NCBI GenBank assembly: GCA_965652295.1
Contig: CBFGTS010000005.1
Span: forward strand, 226,671 to 290,670
Source: an uncultured Haloferula sp.
GTDB lineage: Bacteria > Verrucomicrobiota > Verrucomicrobiia > Verrucomicrobiales > Akkermansiaceae
Direction of reading: 5' to 3'
DNA: 64,000 bases
Part shown: one piece after another, positions 60,504-64,000 of the stretch
How the letters are laid out: every line of letters begins with the position of its first letter
How positions within the stretch are numbered: position 1 is the first letter of the stretch
Translations under genes and position numbers: made by a program
Notes under the pieces: model-generated
The model's input: only the letters and a program-made list of their open reading frames with translations
What the model was told of the DNA's origin: nothing
Databases searched by the model: none

Positions 60504-61847
60504 TCACCTGGCGGTCGATATGGTCATCGTGGCTTCTTGGCTCTGTGGACTGAGGGCGGTGACGGCGAGCTTCAGCGCCGCCACTTCGGAAGAGAGCGAG
60601 GAGAGTTCGTCATTGGCGGCCCTCAGCCGCGCATTTTCCGCTTCCAGAGCAGCCACTTTCTTCGCCAGCTCCTGGGTGGCGCTGACGTTCAGCATCGCGA
60701 TCGCTTCATAATCCACAGCCCGCACATCGCGCTGCTCGGTTCCGTAAACGAAGACCCCTTTGCCGAAATCGGCGGAGGTCTCCACGGTAAAGCTCAGGCC
60801 GTCGGTTGCGGTGACCTCTGCGTCAACGGGACGGTTCTCGGGGTCGAACAGACGCACCTTGTCACCGGCTTTCAGCGGGTGCGCTTTTTCCATCGTGATG
60901 AGAACGGCGCCGCCCTCTTTCGGCTCCACCTTCGTCGCTTTGGCGAAGATGTCCGGCACGAAGTCGGTGCGCTTGTTGATGGCGGAGGGCAGGATCTCCT
61001 CCACCTGCTGCGCGATGACTTTCTTGTGAACCCGTCCGCCGGACGTGAGTTTGTCGATGTAGGTGTAGTCGGTGATCTGGATCTCATTGAGGAGGTCGAG
61101 ATCCTTCGCGCTGTCGGAAACGCCAAGGACGTTCTTGAAGCGGGAATCCGAGGTGGTCACGGTCCCGTTCAGCGCGATGAAGAAGCCCTTCGTCAGGATG
61201 GCACCCTCTGTAAGAATTGACGGCGACTGATCCAAATTGCTGGCCGTACCACTGAGCAGAGTGGTGCCTCCAGCGAAGTAACTGCGGTCTCCGCTTGCCA
61301 GTAGGGTGGTAATGGGACCGCCGACGTGCAAGGTCGCCTGAATCGGAGTGGCCGGATCTGAAAGACCGGGGAGGCCGATTCCAACGGTGCCGTCATTATT
61401 GATTCTGAAATGGGAGATTCCCGGGGTTGTGATATCCGCCTGCCTGCTGATGCGGAAGGTGTCCATGTCATTGTCAATCAACCAAGCCGGAGCGGCATCA
61501 GCGTCACCCAATCTGGTATCGACCAGATTCAGCCGCGGATTGGTCCCGGAAGCCACCATGGTATTGAAGTCTCCTACCGCGTGCAGTTTGCCGAGAGGAG
61601 TGGGAGTACCAACGCCCACGTTGCCTTGGATGATCGCCCCATTCGTCGGAGCGACGGTGCCCAGGGTGCTGGTGTAGCTGGCATCGCCCACGGCGATGCC
61701 GCCGGAAGCGGTGGAACCGTTCACGCTGAGCTTTGAGCGCGGGGTGGTGGTGCCGATTCCGACGTTCTGCGCGGAAACGGCGGTCGTGAGAAGGGCTGCG
61801 ACCAGAAGTGCGGCGGCTCCATGATTCGATGCGATTTGCGTTTTCAT
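60504..61847 (-). CDS. Secreted fibre protein with peptidase S74 domain (divergent subtype), copy 2
   Basis: Same N-terminus; SDSRFKN..KVIAQQVE..insertion..VDYEAI..coiled coil. Confidence 0.85.
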   Translation of the reverse strand: MKTQIASNHGAAALLVAALLTTAVSAQNVGIGTTTPRSKLSVNGSTASGGIAVGDASYTSTLGTVAPTNGAIIQGNVGVGTPTPLGKLHAVGDFNTMVASGTNPRLNLVDTRLGDADAAPAWLIDNDMDTFRISRQADITTPGISHFRINNDGTVGIGLPGLSDPATPIQATLHVGGPITTLLASGDRSYFAGGTTLLSGTASNLDQSPSILTEGAILTKGFFIALNGTVTTSDSRFKNVLGVSDSAKDLDLLNEIQITDYTYIDKLTSGGRVHKKVIAQQVEEILPSAINKRTDFVPDIFAKATKVEPKEGGAVLITMEKAHPLKAGDKVRLFDPENRPVDAEVTATDGLSFTVETSADFGKGVFVYGTEQRDVRAVDYEAIAMLNVSATQELAKKVAALEAENARLRAANDELSSLSSEVAALKLAVTALSPQSQEATMTISTAR

Positions 61848-61889
61848 GTAGGTGTGAGTGAAAGGGTGAAGCGGTTCTGCAGCGGAAGC

Positions 61890-63173
61890 TCACCTGGCAG
61901 TCGATACGGTCATGGTGGCTCCTTCGCTCTGGGAACCGAGATCGGCGAGGGCGAGCTTCAGCGCCTCCACTTCGGAAACCACGGATGCCAGTTTTGCGTT
62001 GGCGGCCTTGAGTTCCGCGTTCGCCGTTTTAAGGGCCTCGATCTCCGCTTGCTGCTCCTGAATGGCCTTCACCAGTACCGGCGTGACACGACCGTAGTCC
62101 ACGGTCCATGGATTCTCGGCGGGATCTTCACCCCCCGGAGTCACGGCATCCGGGAACACCGTATTCAATTGCTGGGCGATGAAGCCGGTTTCGGTGCGGT
62201 CGGGACTCGTCTTGTAATGGTAGTCGCTGACCTGGATCTTCATCACCTCGGCGAGCCCCATGGCGCTCGGGCGGATACTCCCCTTCAGTCGTTCATCCGA
62301 CGTGGTGTTGTAGGAGACGCCGCCCGCCGAGCGGTAGATGCCGCCGACGCCTGTACCGTTCACGCTGAAGAGAAGGAATGGATCTCCCGCCACCGCGCCC
62401 GCAGGTTTTGCCAAGTGCAAGGGAGCGAGTGCTCCCTCGCGCTGAATCCCCACGAATACATCTCCGGTCGCACTGGTGGTCGTCACTTCGAATCCGTTGA
62501 CGTTGGAAGTGCCGTTCCAGAAGCTGCCGGTCTGCGTGCCCGTGGTGGCCATGATCTTGGTGGTGCCCCGGACGTCCAGAAGGCTCTGTGGAGCAGTGAC
62601 GCCGATCCCGACGTTGCCGCTCGACGCTCTGATCGTCATGCGGCTCACGTTGGCGGGATCGCTCGGATCGCCAGGGAAACCGGTACTGATGGAGGCTCCG
62701 GTGAAAAAGGAAATGTCCTTTCCGGAACCCGCAATGATCGCAGCGCCTGTGTTGCTGGAAGCGGTTGGGTTCAGGCCCGCGCCGATATAGCCGAAGAAAG
62801 CGCCGCCGGTATCCGCCCGGGCGATCATGCCATAATGCCGCACGATGCTGTCCGTCGTTCCTTCCTCCGGCCCCACAAAGAACTGCGGAAAGGTGTCGGA
62901 TTGCACGTGCAGTTTGGTGAGCGGTACCGTGCCTCCGATTCCGACATTTCCCTGGATGATCGCGCCGTTTAACGGAGCGACCGTGCCCAGGGTGCTGGTG
63001 TAGCTCGCGTCGCCCACGGCGATGCCGCCGGAAGCCGTGGAACCGTTCACGCTGAGCTTGGAGCGCGGAGTGGTAGTGCCGATGCCGACGTTCTGCGCAG
63101 AGACGACGGAGGTGAGGAGGGCCGCGGCCAGGAGTGCGGCGGTGCCATGATTCGGAACGAATTGCGTTTTCAT
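61890..63173 (-). CDS. Secreted fibre protein with peptidase S74 domain, copy 1
   Basis: Same N-terminus; SDERLK..GFIAQQL..VDYGR..KAIQEQQ. Confidence 0.85.
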   Translation of the reverse strand: MKTQFVPNHGTAALLAAALLTSVVSAQNVGIGTTTPRSKLSVNGSTASGGIAVGDASYTSTLGTVAPLNGAIIQGNVGIGGTVPLTKLHVQSDTFPQFFVGPEEGTTDSIVRHYGMIARADTGGAFFGYIGAGLNPTASSNTGAAIIAGSGKDISFFTGASISTGFPGDPSDPANVSRMTIRASSGNVGIGVTAPQSLLDVRGTTKIMATTGTQTGSFWNGTSNVNGFEVTTTSATGDVFVGIQREGALAPLHLAKPAGAVAGDPFLLFSVNGTGVGGIYRSAGGVSYNTTSDERLKGSIRPSAMGLAEVMKIQVSDYHYKTSPDRTETGFIAQQLNTVFPDAVTPGGEDPAENPWTVDYGRVTPVLVKAIQEQQAEIEALKTANAELKAANAKLASVVSEVEALKLALADLGSQSEGATMTVSTAR

Positions 63174-64000
63174 GTATGGTTTGAGTGAAAGGGTCGCGCG
63201 GCTCCGGGGCGCGCGCTCATCCGGCGGTCGAGATGCTCCTGAGAGTCCCGTGGTCCTGCGGGTTGCCTGCCATCGCAGTTCGCTCCGGGCCACCGCTTCG
63301 AAGGGAAGTACAGGGCCGCAAGGACAACACTTGTCTGATAGTGAGGATTCCGTCTCATGCACTTGAGCGTGTTTTTAAAACGGTTTGAAGAGCCTTAAAG
63401 TCAATCTGAATTCAGCCTCACCTAAAGAATCCTTCGTGACGTTCCAAATATCTAATCCCCTAATAGAAATTGATCGGTTTTTTTGTCGGACGCGGCACCT
63501 CCGCTGCTTGCCAAGCCGAATTCCGATGCGCCAAAATTGTCACTTGCCTTTTTAAAGATGAGTGCCACGCCGGGTTGGTAAATAGCTGGGAGAATCCCAA
63601 GTCATTAACAATGTGAGATGTAGGAATGGGAGTCGGATCGGCGAGGTGTCGATCGTGATGTGCGCTGACTCAGGGGATGTTTCTTCAGGATGCAGGCACC
63701 CAGGACCCGGAAATTCTTTTAAATCATTGAGATACTGAAGCTTGCGGAGGTCGGGAAAAAGATAGGTGACGTTTTGCGAACAGGTCATGCTTACGAGTTC
63801 AACTTCGTGCCAGGAAGAAGGGCCGATCGGTCGTCGAAGCGGCGTCGGCGGGATTCCGGCCGTTCGCGGAGGCCATAGGGCAAGGTCGCCCCCGCGGGCG
63901 AGATGTCCGCCTCAGAGCTGCCGTTCGCTGATAGGATTCTCAGCGTAGAAGCTATCTCAAAAGGGACTGGTACTCGATTTTGAGGCGTGGCATGCTCCCG

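Noticed and set aside
59222..63173. Prophage tail-fibre locus
   Set aside because: Proteins carry signal peptides and no capsid, terminase, tail or integrase genes are adjacent
1..64000. CRISPR array or rRNA
   Set aside because: No regularly spaced short repeats with unique spacers, no cas genes, no rRNA-like sequence noticed
63360..64000. AT-rich terminal region as a gene or ncRNA
   Set aside because: Only short motif-less ORFs; probably the promoter region of the fibre genes

Overview
High-GC bacterial window, probably Verrucomicrobiota (Luteolibacter/Haloferula-like). This is inferred from PEP-CTERM genes, LacI regulators of the type common in this phylum and a recurrent C-terminal 'DxDxDG...RFYR' domain. 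(1) 1-23.8 kb: glycan-foraging cluster of large secreted modular enzymes (frameshifted esterase, GH74, two alginate-lyase-like proteins, PEP-CTERM) with a shared candidate LacI operator. (2) ~24.4-41 kb: accessory/defence region that truncates a lacI gene. It holds two Fic genes, GNATs, a complete QatABCD anti-phage system, a HipA/HTH pair and a dead AbrB antitoxin. Its blocks are separated by three copies of a ~250-bp Fic 3'-end repeat, CTGACCCC-ATTC-like sites and a 46-bp inverted repeat. (3) 41-52 kb: GH35, a third lyase-like protein, LacI, tRNA-Cys, SulP-USP. (4) 52-57 kb: best novel-system candidate, a polymorphic secreted HExxH metallopeptidase with membrane-anchored partners and orphan C-terminal cassettes. 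(5) 57-64 kb: PEP-CTERM plus three tandem mosaic secreted peptidase-S74 fibre genes. All calls are from motif reading by eye; no searches were run.
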